From: Harriotta raleighana
Taxonomy: Eukaryota
Length of the DNA stretch: 64,000 nt
Reading direction: 5' to 3'
Assembly: GCA_050575255.1 (NCBI GenBank)
Contig: JBNZDD010013718.1
Coordinates: forward strand, 4,955,718 to 5,019,717
The translations under genes were made by a program, and so were the position numbers. The notes under the pieces were generated by a model. The model searched no databases and had not been told where the DNA came from. It was given only the letters and a program-made list of their open reading frames with translations. This document shows, piece after piece, positions 39,357 to 52,199 of the stretch (position 1 is its first letter; each line of letters opens with the position of its first letter).

Positions 39357-41129
39357 ATGGCTTAATGTACTCCAACAGCCAATATGAACCCATTGCTTCC
39401 ATTCCCATCGCTCTTAGATTCATTGTCTCTCTGCTGCATAAAATTGTATCACAGCTGCCTTTTCATGAATGTTGGATCCTGTGAGTGCAGCCATTATCTT
39501 CTTCTTCCATTTGATTCGCGGTGAACGATCTGCAGATACTTCCTACATTAGTTCATTATGTTTATTTTTGTGCTTATAAAATTGTCGAGATGGTTGGATC
39601 AGGCTGTGAAGTTGAAATTGGAAAATATGTCTTGACATTTACAGTTGTGTAATTTATAACTCGTACCGACAACAGATGCTGACACAGGGTGGTGAGGGTG
39701 GGGTGGGTGGGGTGGGGTTTGTTAAAAAAACATAAGTGTATTCCTTTCCAGCACAATTTTAAATGTGTATCTTGTGCAGACCATAGACATAAGCATAGTA
39801 AACTTCCTTATAAGCACCAATATATAGTATTAATTTTCAGTCCATTTGCAAGCAAGAATGCAGATCAGTTTGTGTCATTATTTCTGTTCCTCCTGGATAA
39901 TAATTTTCCAGATTTGACCTCTGACCGTGGCTTGTATGGATGATATTCCTTCTACAATAATCCATGGGGAGCATGTGGTTTGTGATCAGAATACTGAATA
40001 CCATTTAACCTTTTGCAGCACATTACCTTGTACCCTGTCATGTCTAGTATACAGTTCATGGGTCTATTGTGTACATGTTATTCCAACCAACCTACCATTC
40101 ATTTGACCTTAAAACACATTATTGATTCAATGAGAATGAAGGTATGGGCTTATTACCACAGGCTAGTTTTATCGAAAGGTTTTCACAAATGGATAAACAC
40201 CGTTTGATTGAGCTATCAAAGATATTTTACATTGATTTGTCACAAAGTTGTGTGAATTGCAATTAAAGGCTTGGACTCGAACAGAATAGCAGGAATGGTA
40301 TTTGCAGTTTGAGTTTGGGCTTGTGCATATCACACCATTTGCTATGATAATATGGTGGCTAGAAATATTTGGACTGTATCCAAAAATGGGGCCACATGCA
40401 GCTGTGTGCAACACCATGGGTTTATAGGAGGATGGTAGATTTATGGCATGGTTACTTCCTTCCACAAACAAGTGTAATCACAGGAGACTCTTGCGACTGC
40501 CACAAACGTTATGGATCAGTAACATTGTACGCGTCAGAGGTCACTGAAATTAATGAAAAGGTAAGTGTTTCGCTTATCACAATTGTACAGCAGTTAGAGT
40601 GGTTTTTACCACTAAATATTATTTAGAGAACAGCCACACAGCAACTGAAGATTTTTTTCATTTTAAAAAAAAACTCTTTAAAAAAATGTAGCCTTCCACG
40701 TTTTGTAAGTTATGACATCAACAACAACAACAAGTTGCATTTACTTAGCAGCTTTCACATCAGGAGGATGTTTCAAGACGCTGGACAGTCAAGGGTTTGC
40801 ACCTGTTAGTTTTGTACAGTGTTTTTGTATCCTCCAAAACATGTTTGAAATGTGATTGGTTGCCTTTGCGAGAATCTTCAATCTTTCTGAGAATCCTAGT
40901 AATCTAACAACATTTTGTTAGCCAATTTCATAATAAATATAACTGACACCGTGGACATAATTCCAGTTAAACATTATCCCATGAAGGATGCCTTGCGTGT
41001 TCACCTCTTTGAGCTATGTGTACAAATCAGTCACCTTGTCATGATTACTTTATACAGTGAAGCGCAAGTTCATGGGTCTCTGCTTACAAAATATTCTTGC
41101 ATTGTATCTGTCAATGAAACTATTAAAAA

Positions 41130-41315
41130 AAACAGCTTCTACTTATACAGCACCTTTACATGGGATAATGTCTCAAACGATGGTGTAGAACGCCAAACAA
41201 GGAAGGAAACAAGTAGGATGATGGTTGAAGGCATGTTGAAGATTCATGTTTTTAAAGAGGTTTGCAGGCAGTGAGACAGAGGGATATTTGGAGAGAGTCC
41301 CAGAGCGTTGAAGCA
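41130..41315 (-). mobile_element. Degenerate L2 3' fragment
   Basis: Tail acttatacagcacctttacatg...gtctcaaacg and gtttttaaagaggtttg...gagtcccagagcg, collinear with the other L2 copies. Confidence 0.5.
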
Positions 41316-41391
41316 AATTAACTGATAATAGAGATGAAACAATGTAAATATAAACTCATGTTTGCTAGATACTTTCTAGGCTATAATTATG

Positions 41392-41575
41392 CTCTCGGTT
41401 TTATGTCTCATTCGAAAGACGGTACCTCCAATAATGCAGCCACTGGCCTCCCCCAGCACTGTACTGGAGTGTGTGTCAGCCTGGACTGTGAGTTCAAAGT
41501 CCCAACTTGTGACTAGAATCCATGACCCCCTGAGGCAGGGTGACTTTCAAGTTAGAGTAGATAGCTCTGGTAGAC
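41392..41575 (-). mobile_element. Deu-type SINE 5' part
   Basis: ctcggttttatgtctcattcgaaagacggtacctcc...cccagcactgtactggagtgtgtgtcagcctgga, the reverse complement of the SINE core. Confidence 0.7.
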
Positions 41576-42468
41576 ACTAGAGTCTATTTAATCAAGTATT
41601 CTTGGTATTATGAATTATCAATGCATAATCTTAACAAGATTTACATCTGCAATTTGACTTGTGGGTGCAAAGATGCCCTCAGATATTTTATGCACTTACA
41701 CACTGTATCTTGCTCTTTTCAAGTGTTTAGAGTTATGCACATTTGCATGCGTTTTGTCCAAAAGGAGAAAGTTGAGACGCTTTTTAAAAAAATAATCTGC
41801 AGATCAGTTACTTCAATAAAACACTTATATAACGTTGATACTCATTTGACTGGATGTATGAATGAATGTCTGTTTACAATAAACAGTGCTGCTTTGAAAG
41901 GTTTGCTGGAGAGTAAAATAAGAAAATTGCATTATTTTGTCACATGGCACTTACGCTAAAGGCCCAGGGAATGTTTTATTTTCCTGTGAAATGTCTCTTC
42001 CCACAAATTGATTTCAAAATTACATTTGCTTAAATGTCAGCCTTTGGAAGACAAGTGAGACAGTTTACAAACACCACTTTTGCAACTCCAGTTTAATTTG
42101 AAAATTTGCAGTGTTACAGTGATCAATGGATCGTTACAGCTTGAAAGGTCAAATACTGTACTTCAGGAAACAATTCTCTACATCTGAATTTAGATATTTA
42201 CAATGTTAAATGCTGAGAAAGAATTTAAGAAAGTAAGAACAATACCCCCTTGTCCATTCCTACACAAGGAGTTCTCCGTGCCCAATGACCACCAAGCTGA
42301 TCACAAGACAGAGAAGCAGATATAATTGTTCTCACTATGTCACTAACAGGTACAAGCATAGTGTGCTTCGGAGAACTAGGCAACTTTGGATCTAAGGTTT
42401 CCAAAGCTTTCCACTGTGATGATAGGCTAATCCATACAGAATTAATTCCTATCATCAACTCCATTATA

Positions 42469-42855
42469 CAGTTAACACTTGTCGAACGTGACTTTATCGA
42501 TTGTGAATTCAAGTATGCGCGGCGAAACAAAAGCATCACTTTTTTGTGCAGCGCGCGTAAAACTTGTGTATATGCGCTGGCTGGCCCCCACACGCATGTG
42601 TGGGTGAGGACGCCGATAGCTCCTGACTAAATCCAATGATTCCTCGGCCGGCTGGTCACGCGCGCATGCGCAGTTTTGATGAGGCCGGCGGATCCCGACT
42701 AAAGCATTCTTGGGTAAATACAATAACTCTTCGGCCTCGGAGCATCCTATGGCATTGCATGGTAAATGGAAGAGAGAGTCTTCTAATAGTAATTTAGCCT
42801 AGCTGTTGTTTTATTGCTTTATTGCTTTACTGCTTTGTTATCGCTTTACAGCAAA
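42469..42855. mobile_element. Second, truncated copy of the 20091-21094 pogo-like element (left TIR plus about 390 bp)
   Basis: TA at 42467-42468 then cagttaacacttgtcga. Collinear homology with 20125-20535 (gaattcaagtat, aaagcatcacttttttgtgcag, ctaaatccaatgatt, gggtaaatacaataac, gcattgcatggtaaa). Confidence 0.8.
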
Positions 42856-44032
42856 CTAGATGGACCAGCAATTCCTAGGTCCTATGGTCCATTTCCTTTT
42901 TGGTAGCAAGCAAATAAGATAAACTATTTACCAAGTGTATCAAAATCAGCATCAACAGTTCCACTTGGCAAAAATGAAAATTGGAGAAACCTCAGGATAG
43001 ACTATTTCACAAAGTCATAGTCTTAAGGACAAAACAGAGAATATTTCACCTAATATTTCCCAACAATTCAGATACAGAAAACATTTTCCAGAATCGAGAA
43101 ATTCTTTCCGACAATTAACACTAAATTCTCTCTGAGATGGAACAATACATCCAGCAGCTTGTATTTTCTGAGCACAATGCTGGAGTGTGTCCTTCAAGTG
43201 AAATAGATCCAATTATTCTTTTAACAGAAAAGTTCAGACATCTGGAACCAATTTAGTATTTGTTGTTTATTCTCCACGAAAGTAAATATAACTTTTATCA
43301 CCAATCAAAGGCTTCATTTTGACAAAGCCTACATAGAATCATAGAAGGTTACGGCACAGAAGGAGGCCATTCGGCCCATCGAGTCTGTGCTGGCTCTTTG
43401 ACAGAGCAATGTCACTTTTATTAACCCCAATCACCAGCTTTCTCCCCATAACCCTGGAAGCCCGTCTTCCCCAGATACCTATCCAGTTCTCTCTTAAAAG
43501 CTGCTATCGAATCAGACCTCACTACCCTTTCAGGCAGATCATTCCAAATTCGAACTACTCTCTGAGTGAAAACATTTCTTCTAACCTCCCCCCTGCTTCT
43601 TTTGGTAGATATCTTAAGACTGTGACCTCAGGTCACAGACACACCTACCAGCGGAAACAGCTTTTCCCTATCTCGCCTGTCGAAACCTTTCATGATCTTG
43701 AAGACCTCTATCAGGTCCCCGCGTAATCTTCTCTGCTCTAATGGGAAAAGTCCTAACTTCTCCAGCCTCATAGCTAAGGTTCCCCATTCCTGGAATAATT
43801 CTTGTGAATCGCCTCTGCACCCTTTCCAGTGCTTAATGTCCTTCCTGAAGTAAGGTGCCCAGAACTGGACACAGTACTCCAGCTGAGGCCTAACCAGTGT
43901 TTTGTATAAATTAAGTATAACTTCTCTACTCTTAAACTCTATGTCCCTACTAATAAAGCTCAGTGCACCAAATGCCTTTTTTACTGCCTTACCTACCTAC
44001 CCTGCTACCTTTAATGATTCGCTTACTTGAAC

Positions 44033-44370
44033 AACAACAACAACAAGATTGCATTTATAGAGCGTGTTTCACGTCAGGAGAACGTCCCAAGGCGCTGGAC
44101 AGTTGGTTTAGGACCCGAGCAGGGGGAAATGTTCAGGGCGAGGGGAGGGTAGGGTGGGAGCGAGGAGGGGATAGAGAGTCGAGACGGGAGCTGAAGGCAC
44201 GGTCGAAGAGAAAGGTCTTGAGACCAGCCTTGAAAGAGGAAAGAGAGGAAGTGAGGCGAAGGCACTGGGGGATGGAGTTCCAGAGCCTGGGGGCTGAGCA
44301 GCTGAAAGTCCGGCCGCCGATGGTAGGACGGTTAGGGCAGGGGATGTGGAGCAGACCAGTGCCAGAGGAA
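44033..44370 (-). mobile_element. L2-clade LINE 3' fragment nested in the CR1
   Basis: The minus strand reads SSGTGLLHIPCPNRPTIGGRTFSCSAPRLWNSIPQCLRLTSSLSSFKAGLKTFLFDRAF (L2 ORF2 C-terminus), then a 3' UTR ending ctataaatgcaatc(ttg)n. It interrupts the CR1 frame between QRDL and VQVSES. Confidence 0.93.
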
Positions 44371-44773
44371 CCAGATCTCTCTGTACATTCACCCCCCTTA
44401 AGATTGACCTACCAAGACTATATTGCCTCCTATCATTTTTCCTACCTAAGTGTATGACCTCACACTTATCCACAATGAAATCCATCTGGCACATATCAGC
44501 ACATTCCACCATTCTGTGTATGTCTGCTTGCAGTTGGTTACAGTCCTCCTCACTATTTACTACCCTACCTAACTTTGTATCATCTGCAAACTTAGAAATA
44601 GTGCTGTCTATCCCCAAGTCCAGATCATTAATATATATTAGAAAGAGCAGTGGTCCCAATACCGATCCCTGGGGGTCACCGCTGCACACCTCCTTCCATT
44701 TCGAGAAACACCCATTAACCACCACCCTCTGCTTTCTGTCACTCAGCCAGTTCTTAATCCAAACTGTCACTGT

Positions 44774-46079
44774 CCCCTTGATACCGTGGGCCTCTATTTT
44801 TTTTTATTAATCTCTTATGCGGCACTGTGTCAAAAGCCTTTTGAAATCCAAGTAAATAACGTCCACCGCATCTCCCTCATCAACCCTCACAGTCACCTCT
44901 TCAAAAAATTCTATTAGATTTTTTAGGCAAGATTTGCCTTTAACAAATCCGTGTTGGCTGTCTCTAATGATCTCGTGTTCCTCTAAGCAGAGATTTATTC
45001 TGTTCCAGATTATGGTCTCCAGTAGTTTTCCTATTACCAAGGTAAGGCTGATGGGCCTGTAATTTCCGGGTTTGTCTTTCTGCCCCTTTTTGTAGAGGGG
45101 GGTTACATTAGCCACTCTCCAGTCTCTTGGCACCACTCCTGTGTCCAATGAAGGTTGAAATATAATGGCCAAAGCCTCCCCTATTTGAACCCGTATCTCC
45201 CACAGCAACCTTGGGTGAAACCCATCTGGTCCTGGTTACTTGTCAATTTTGAGCCCAGTCAATCTTTTCAGAACTTCCTCTCTGTCTACAGAAATCTGAT
45301 CTATTTCCTCTACCCTCTCATCCAATACCGCGGCATTTGGGGCATTCATTTTTGTTGTGAAGACAGATGCAAAGTACTCATTCAGTACCTCAGCCATGCC
45401 CTCCGCCTCCACAACAAGATTNNNNNNNNNNCCCCTTGATACCGTGGGCCTCTATTTTTTTTTATTAATCTCTTATGCGGCACTGTGTCAAAAGCCTTTT
45501 GAAATCCAAGTAAATAACGTCCACCGCATCTCCCTCATCAACCCTCACAGTCACCTCTTCAAAAAATTCTATTAGATTTTTTAGGCAAGATTTGCCTTTA
45601 ACAAATCCGTGTTGGCTGTCTCTAATGATCTCGTGTTCCTCTAAGCAGAGATTTATTCTGTTCCAGATTATGGTCTCCAGTAGTTTTCCTATTACCAAGG
45701 TAAGGCTGATGGGCCTGTAATTTCCGGGTTTGTCTTTCTGCCCCTTTTTGTAGAGGGGGGTTACATTAGCCACTCTCCAGTCTCTTGGCACCACTCCTGT
45801 GTCCAATGAAGGTTGAAATATAATGGCCAAAGCCTCCCCTATTTGAACCCGTATCTCCCACAGCAACCTTGGGTGAAACCCATCTGGTCCTGGTTACTTG
45901 TCAATTTTGAGCCCAGTCAATCTTTTCAGAACTTCCTCTCTGTCTACAGAAATCTGATCTATTTCCTCTACCCTCTCATCCAATACCGCGGCATTTGGGG
46001 CATTCATTTTTGTTGTGAAGACAGATGCAAAGTACTCATTCAGTACCTCAGCCATGCCCTCCGCCTCCACAACAAGATT
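44774..46079. repeat. 648-bp apparently identical direct duplication across a 10-N gap (probable unmerged contig overlap)
   Basis: 44774-45421 matches 45432-46079, with Ns at 45422-45431. The two 133-aa ORF translations are identical. Confidence 0.92.
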
Positions 46080-47983
46080 GCCGTCATTGTCTTTGATTGG
46101 CCCCACCCTACCTTTAACTAACCTTTTTTCCTTTATGAGCTTATAAAATATTTTAGGATTCCCCTTTATGTTCCCCGCTAACCTCTTCTCATGCGATCTT
46201 TTAGCCTGTCTTATCACTCTTTTAAGATCATTCCTGCATTCTCTATAATGGTACATGGTACAATTCTCTTTCAGAATGATTATCACAGTACCAAAAGGTT
46301 CAGCTGTAAAGACTTAAAAGCATTCTGGTCTAATTTCTTATTGGGAAATACCACTTTATTTGCTAACTATAAGTCCTGTACTCTACATGTATAAACTCTG
46401 GCTCATCAGAAATATTCCAGGGCCTTGAGACATCCTCCTGATGTGAAAGGCGCTTCACAAATGAAATTTGGTATTGTAATGTTCAGCTGCATAACTACAA
46501 TTAATTCATATTCAGTCCAGAAAACTATATCATATATCCGAAACATGTATGTTTAGCAAGCTACCAGCTGCAATATCCTGATTGAGCATACACAGATTTA
46601 GGAAGTGTCAACCTCATTTGTTTAGAAATTAATACTTTTACTGTATAAGCCCTGGTCTCAGGCCCCTGCCTACAATCAAAGTATTGTACACAGTGATGAG
46701 GGAAACAGATGGTATTACTGGTTCACACATGCAAATGTTTGAGACAAAAATTTTAGCTGGAAACTGCAATCATGTGCAATTCATATTGGAGATGATAGTT
46801 TGCTGGTCCATGTATTTCCTAACCTTGACAGACGAGCATATGTTATTTTTTCATTTAATAAATGGAAAGAAAACCCATTTATTACTGATTGTGGATGCCG
46901 GTGATCTTCAGTGACAAAATAGTTAATGTTAGTGATTGGCACTTGATCAAATTCTTTGTTATCAGACTTAAAGGCATATTCCAATTCACTGGACATTGTA
47001 CACCTGAAAAAATGATACATTTGCAGTAAAACCTGTGAAGCAGTTTGAGACATCCTCTCAACATGAAAGGTGTTATATCAAATGTAAGGCTTATTATTGT
47101 TACCATTGCATTTGTTATGCCTTCACTTCTCAGTGATGATCATAATTGTACAATATTGCTTTCTGCATTGTAGGCTTTGTGATTGGGAAAAATGCTGTCT
47201 GATTTGTTTTTTTAATAAAAAGCAATTAATGTAAGTATTTTGGCAAAATGCCATGCCATCCATTTCAGTATATTTGTGTTGTCAAGCACTCCCGTTCAGA
47301 ACAGTTTGAGGGAATGAACAGTGATTGTATTGCATTTGTAAGTGTTGGCTGTTATTAAGTTTTAATGTTGTGTAAAACAAAAGTGAATCTGTCATACGAG
47401 ACTTACATAAATTTCATGGACAAGATTCTAATGTGATTTGGGGGAAACAGCTGTAGGAGGATTTCAAACATCCCATTATGCAAAATACAATCAAATCATC
47501 ATAAAAAAAGATCAGACCCCATTGAGACACTCTTGTTTTCCCTGCAATGAAAATGTATGCTCAGTTAGGTATATTTCTGTGATGAAGGGGTTGAAAATGT
47601 ACTTTTGCTGATCATGACTCCCACTATGAACCAGAAGAAAGTTATGATGACACACACCTTCCCCACAGGAACTCCACTGTGATGTGATCCACTTCCTGCG
47701 TGTCAGCATGATATATATATATCCTGTTGAAGTTGCTGATACAAAGTTGCTAAATCCAGATACCAAACACTTTATTTTTATCTCCTGTATCAATACAGTA
47801 CCTTTCTGCTTCCATTGCAAACATCATATAAACTCAATGTGATTTTTTAAAGTAACATTTGAACCTAATATTTATAAAGACTGTGTGTCCATTACCTTCC
47901 AAGCATTTTCACTGAAAAATCTGTGATATTCAATTTAAACCTTTCCTCAGTTGTATAATGCTTCTTATTGAAACAAACTTAAC

Positions 47984-48159
47984 GTGCCTTCAACTCCCCT
48001 CTCGAGTCTCTACCCCCTCCTTGCTCCCACCCTTCCCCCCCCTCGCCCTGAACATTTTCCCTTGCTCGGGTCCTGAACCAATCTGTCCAGCGCCTTGGGA
48101 CGTCCTTCTGACGTGAAACACGCTCTATAAGTGTAATTTTGTTGTTGTTGTTGTTGTTG
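47984..48159 (+). mobile_element. L2 3' fragment, same young family as 44033-44370, with 19-bp target-site duplication
   Basis: Closely matches the reverse complement of about 44033-44205 and ends in (gtt)n. Flanked by the perfect direct repeat ttattgaaacaaacttaac at 47965-47983 and 48160-48178. Confidence 0.93.
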
Positions 48160-49990
48160 TTATTGAAACAAACTTAACCTGAAAGAAAATTGGAACCAAA
48201 TCTCCAGGGATTTAAGATTTATGCTGTATACTTTGGTTTGTGCTATGATTACATTTCATCTATCTGTCATGGCTCTAATGTTGGTTTCTAAGATGGATGT
48301 GATTATGCTGTGATTATGTTATGCAGTTTAATGATTTTTAAAAAAAATTGCAAGGATTTTTCAAATTCATAACTTTAGTTTCAAGGATGTGAAAACTAGA
48401 TAATATGACACCTCTACTTGAGTACAAGCTCCCGCCGAATGCCAAGGCTCAAATTATGGAGAGAAATGCATACTGTCACTCTTATCATTGCTATCCTTGG
48501 TGATACTAAAACGTTTAACCTTTAAAGTTCTTCAACTTTACTTAACTTTATCCATAATAATTCTGTATTTCTTGCCATCAGTCAAACTGAGTCAGATGGA
48601 TACTTACGTAAACTAATCCGAATTTGTTTCACATTTCTGAAAGCACCATCTACAAAATGAAGGATGTCCATCAGCAGAGGTGTAGGAGGGAATGGATTTA
48701 TTGATCGCTCACTAAAGCTTTCCAGACTGTGGACAAAGCGAGCTTTGCATTTTGTAGACAGATGAATAGAAGTTGGAAGACGTGATTCTAACCTTATAAT
48801 GGATGACAGTTAAAGCCATTTTGTGTGCAGCTTTGTCAAAAAATAGTGTGGGTGTGAAATAATATGTTCCATAGCACATTTGGGTCTCGAAGGAAACAAA
48901 ATCTAGAATAAAAGAACCGTCTACTTCACAAGTTTCTCTAGCATGATTGAAACAACTGCACAATTACCTCCAACCATCAGATAAAGGGGTGAAAGCTTAT
49001 TCTGTAGGCGTGGCTGCTGTAAAGACATAACAGCACAAAGAACTGTTACATTTTCTACTTCAGTTCTGCAACTAGTGAAATGATCAGTGTTTAATACTGA
49101 ATACATTTCTTGCAGCATATGATGCCTTTCACAATAACTGCTTAAATAGATTCTGCCAGATTTACGCATAAGGCAGAGAATTGGTGTAATTATCATTAAA
49201 AAAAGAGAGCAGATGAGAGGTCGTCTTTCCCACAGACACACAATGGCTGAAGTATAAATATTCAACTGAAACAGTAGAACAATTGCAATACGCAAGAGTA
49301 GCTACAACTACTGGATACTAGAAACTGAGAAGTTTTATCTTCCTGTGGTAAATTTCCACCATGTTCCAATGGCATTTAATTGCAGCCTGAAGCATTCTGC
49401 TGCAAATTCCTACACCGTAAAGGTAGTGTTTGTAGGATGGTGCTTTAGAGATAAAATAAATCTCTAATCGTTCACATACGAAGGGAAATAAGAACAAGTG
49501 CACTTAGTTTATTTGGCATCCTAAAGATTATCTGGGCTCGGTACTTATATGCTGCTGTCTGGAACATTAATGTATTCCAAGGAGTTTTGTGCAGATTAAG
49601 AATATACCCTTGAGGCTGTATCAACTGTGTGCGTGTGGTTGAGATGGGGGAGGGGTGACTAATCTGTAATAAGCAGAGCAAAGCGTCCTATTGTGCAAAA
49701 TCTGGTTCAAATCACAGCAATATTGAGTTTGTCACGGCTTCAATATTTCAGACCTCACGCGATTATTTGGGTTTGCACTTAAACAGCTTTCTATGTACAG
49801 TAGAATGTTTGTGTCTGCGGTCATGTATGTTACTGCTGGGAAACCCATTGATGGCTGAAGCGATGCACAAAACCAAAATATCTCCTTGATCATTTTGACG
49901 ATCTCTTTTGGCTGATTTTTTTTTTAGTCCCATTTACCCCAAACTTTCAAAGATAAGATTTTGTTTCTCTTGTTGATAATTCTAAGGAGT

Positions 49991-50014
49991 CTCTCTCTCT
50001 CTCTCTCTCTCTCT
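49991..50014. repeat. (CT)n microsatellite
   Basis: Uninterrupted ct dinucleotide run. Confidence 0.9.
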
Positions 50015-51359
50015 GACTCTGCACAAAATACATACCATTTCACTGGCTCTCCACCCAGATTCACAATACTGTATTTGATTTGACTCATTCAATAGAGGTC
50101 ACAGCTCTCCCAGGTAAATGGCTGCTAAAAAAATGTTGAGATTAGACATGTTTTTTTTTCAACAGATTTTGAACTGAAACCAAATAGAATAGACATTGCG
50201 ATGTTTGCAGTGATCCACATGTATCCCAAGCCTGTACAGGAAGATTATTCCAGTGCCTTGGGATGTCTTCCCGACGTGCAGGGCGCTATACAAATGTAAG
50301 CTGATGTTGTACCATGTCTTAAATCACTATTAAGAGTGTCCAAAGTCTACATGAAATCAGTCTCATGAGTGATGCTCTCGGGACACCTTCTGGTGGTTGG
50401 TAATAGAGCATCATTGGAAAAGACTAATGATGTTTTTTGTTCTCTTGCAAAGAAGTGGCTCAGGAGGGGCAAAAGACAGTAAAAAAAATATATATATTTT
50501 TCATTGAATGAAAATAAAAAAGGTTTTCTACTTTGACAAAACGTGGTTGCATTCTGGAATCACTGGGGCTCCACAGGAAGCAAAGTATGAAAAGAGGAAA
50601 GACCATTTGACCAATCAAACCAATGGACATCAAGCCACAAACTATTTGATAGCATTAATTATAATAAACCTACAGTACACTGTATTCCAAACATTCTGCA
50701 TCCTAGGGGGCCAGTACAGATCTTCCCCAGTTCCTTAAGAAAACAAAGCAGAGACCAGAACATTCATCCATCCCTCTCATCTTCCCTCAATGTTTCTTCC
50801 AAATATCTCCTGCTCACTAGAATTTTTCTAATCACAAATCCTGTTTGAAGCATTTTAATTTGAAACCTATGCCTTTTAATTCTGCTCTGAAGATCTTAAG
50901 TCAGATACTTTGCTTAAAACTCTGTCATCTATGCCATCTATAATTTTGAAGACTTAGATCATTTCTATTTATGCTTACATTTCTTCCTGCAGTTGCTGGT
51001 CATTCTAATGGTTTATGATAAGCAAATACACTGAGCTTCTTTTCAGCATTTTTTGCAATGTCACATGCTCCCCCCCCCCCCCCGCACCCACTTACCAGAA
51101 ATATTACCACTTTATTATATGGCAGTGTGAGACGTAAATAAGTTGCACACGATTTATGATTTTAGCAAGTACAGTATCATGTTCTTTATCTAATATAGTT
51201 CCCAAACAGAAGAGGTTATTGCACCTCTTTGAAAATTAGATTTTGAACTGAATAACATTGTGTACGATTCAGAATTCTTATTAGAAAAATATATAAATAC
51301 CTATAAATATTTAGTTTAGTCTTTCAAAACATAATAATTTTTCTACATTGTAAAATTAG

Positions 51360-51485
51360 ATAATAATAATAATCCTTGCATTTGATGTAACATCATATCA
51401 AGTCTTTGAGGTGTCTCAAAGCCCTTTAGAGAATATACTTTAAAGTGAGTTGACCATTTTTGTGGGAGAATCACCCACAAGATGC
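51360..51485 (-). mobile_element. SINE 3' tail fragment
   Basis: (taa)n-tccttgcatttgat...gtctcaaagccctttagagaatatactt, the reverse complement of the (ATT)n-type tail. Confidence 0.6.
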
Positions 51486-51732
51486 TCAGTATATGATGGA
51501 AACTGCGATACATCAATGCTGTTTGAGCTTAAGTTCTGATTTATTTCCCAAGCACTTTGTAGTTGCGTGAAATCTTCAGTGCTTCTAGTTAGATGTGTCG
51601 TCCCAGGGAATCTGCTGAATTTGCCTGTTTCGTGAAAGCATGCATTCTTTTCTGTGGTATTGTTTTTTGACACAGTTGTTCTTGGAGCTTGCAGAAAAAA
51701 TATAGAAAAAATACAGCATTCACTAAACGTCC

Positions 51733-52145
51733 AAGTCAATTGGTAGCATCTCGCCTCTGAGGCAGGGCGGAAAGATTTGGGTTGAGGTAAGATTTCTCCA
51801 TTTTGGAACTATTAACTAGGCTGATGCCATATAACGCTACCCTGTAAGATACCCTGCCTGAGGGATGCTATATAAATGCAAGCTGTTATTGTCTTCTCCT
51901 GATTGCCCAGGTTAATATTGTTTCCTCATCTAAACTCCCAACCCCACCACTACATCCATCCACTCACCCCCACCCTCCCTCCAAAAAAACAAAGCAGATT
52001 AATCGGCGACTCATTTCATTGCTGTTTGTGGAATGTTGTTGATGAAGCTTGCTGCAAAACATTCATGTCAAATTATTTTTAATTTGTGAAGTGCTTTGAG
52101 AGGTTCTTTTATGTGATGTGTACTATTTTTAAAAAGTTGCTCTTT
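51733..52145 (+). mobile_element. Near full-length degenerate Deu-type SINE with an internal L2-type tail
   Basis: Head tcaattggtagcatctcgcctctgag, core tcattgctgtttgtggaat and tail ttgtgaagtgctttgagagg. An extra gctatataaatgcaagctgtt tail lies at about 51865-51890. Confidence 0.6.
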
Positions 52146-52199
52146 TTCAAGATTAGTAAATTTGACTGTACTTTTGAATGCATTTGGAAAAGCAAAGTC

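Larger units (their letters stand above)
43331..46247 (-). mobile_element. CR1-clade LINE, 5'-truncated and inactive (ORF2 tether/RT/C-terminal region plus 3' UTR)
   Basis: Minus-strand translations give CR1 ORF2 motifs: AKRSHEKRLAGNIKGNPKIFY, MAEVLNEYFASVF, WRVANVTPLYKKG..PGNYRPISLT, QHGFVKGKSC, PQGSVLGPLLFLIYINDL and SKFADDTKL. The 3' end carries the CR1 octamer repeat (catagaat-catagaa at 43332-43346, i.e. ATTCTATG on the minus strand). It is disrupted by a stop at K*PGPDG (about 45894), a frameshift at YLDF, a nested L2 and a gap duplication. No endonuclease domain is present. Confidence 0.96.

Noticed and set aside
43963-44810. Plus-strand ORFs of 164 and 154 aa, and the 220-aa minus-strand ORF as a CR1-L2 fusion protein
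   Set aside because: The plus-strand ORFs are antisense shadows of LINE ORF2. The 220-aa ORF reads into L2 out of frame and lies in a truncated, frameshifted element.
44774-46079. Tandem duplication of the CR1 RT region as a biological event
   Set aside because: The copies look identical and are separated by an N gap, as expected for an unmerged contig overlap.
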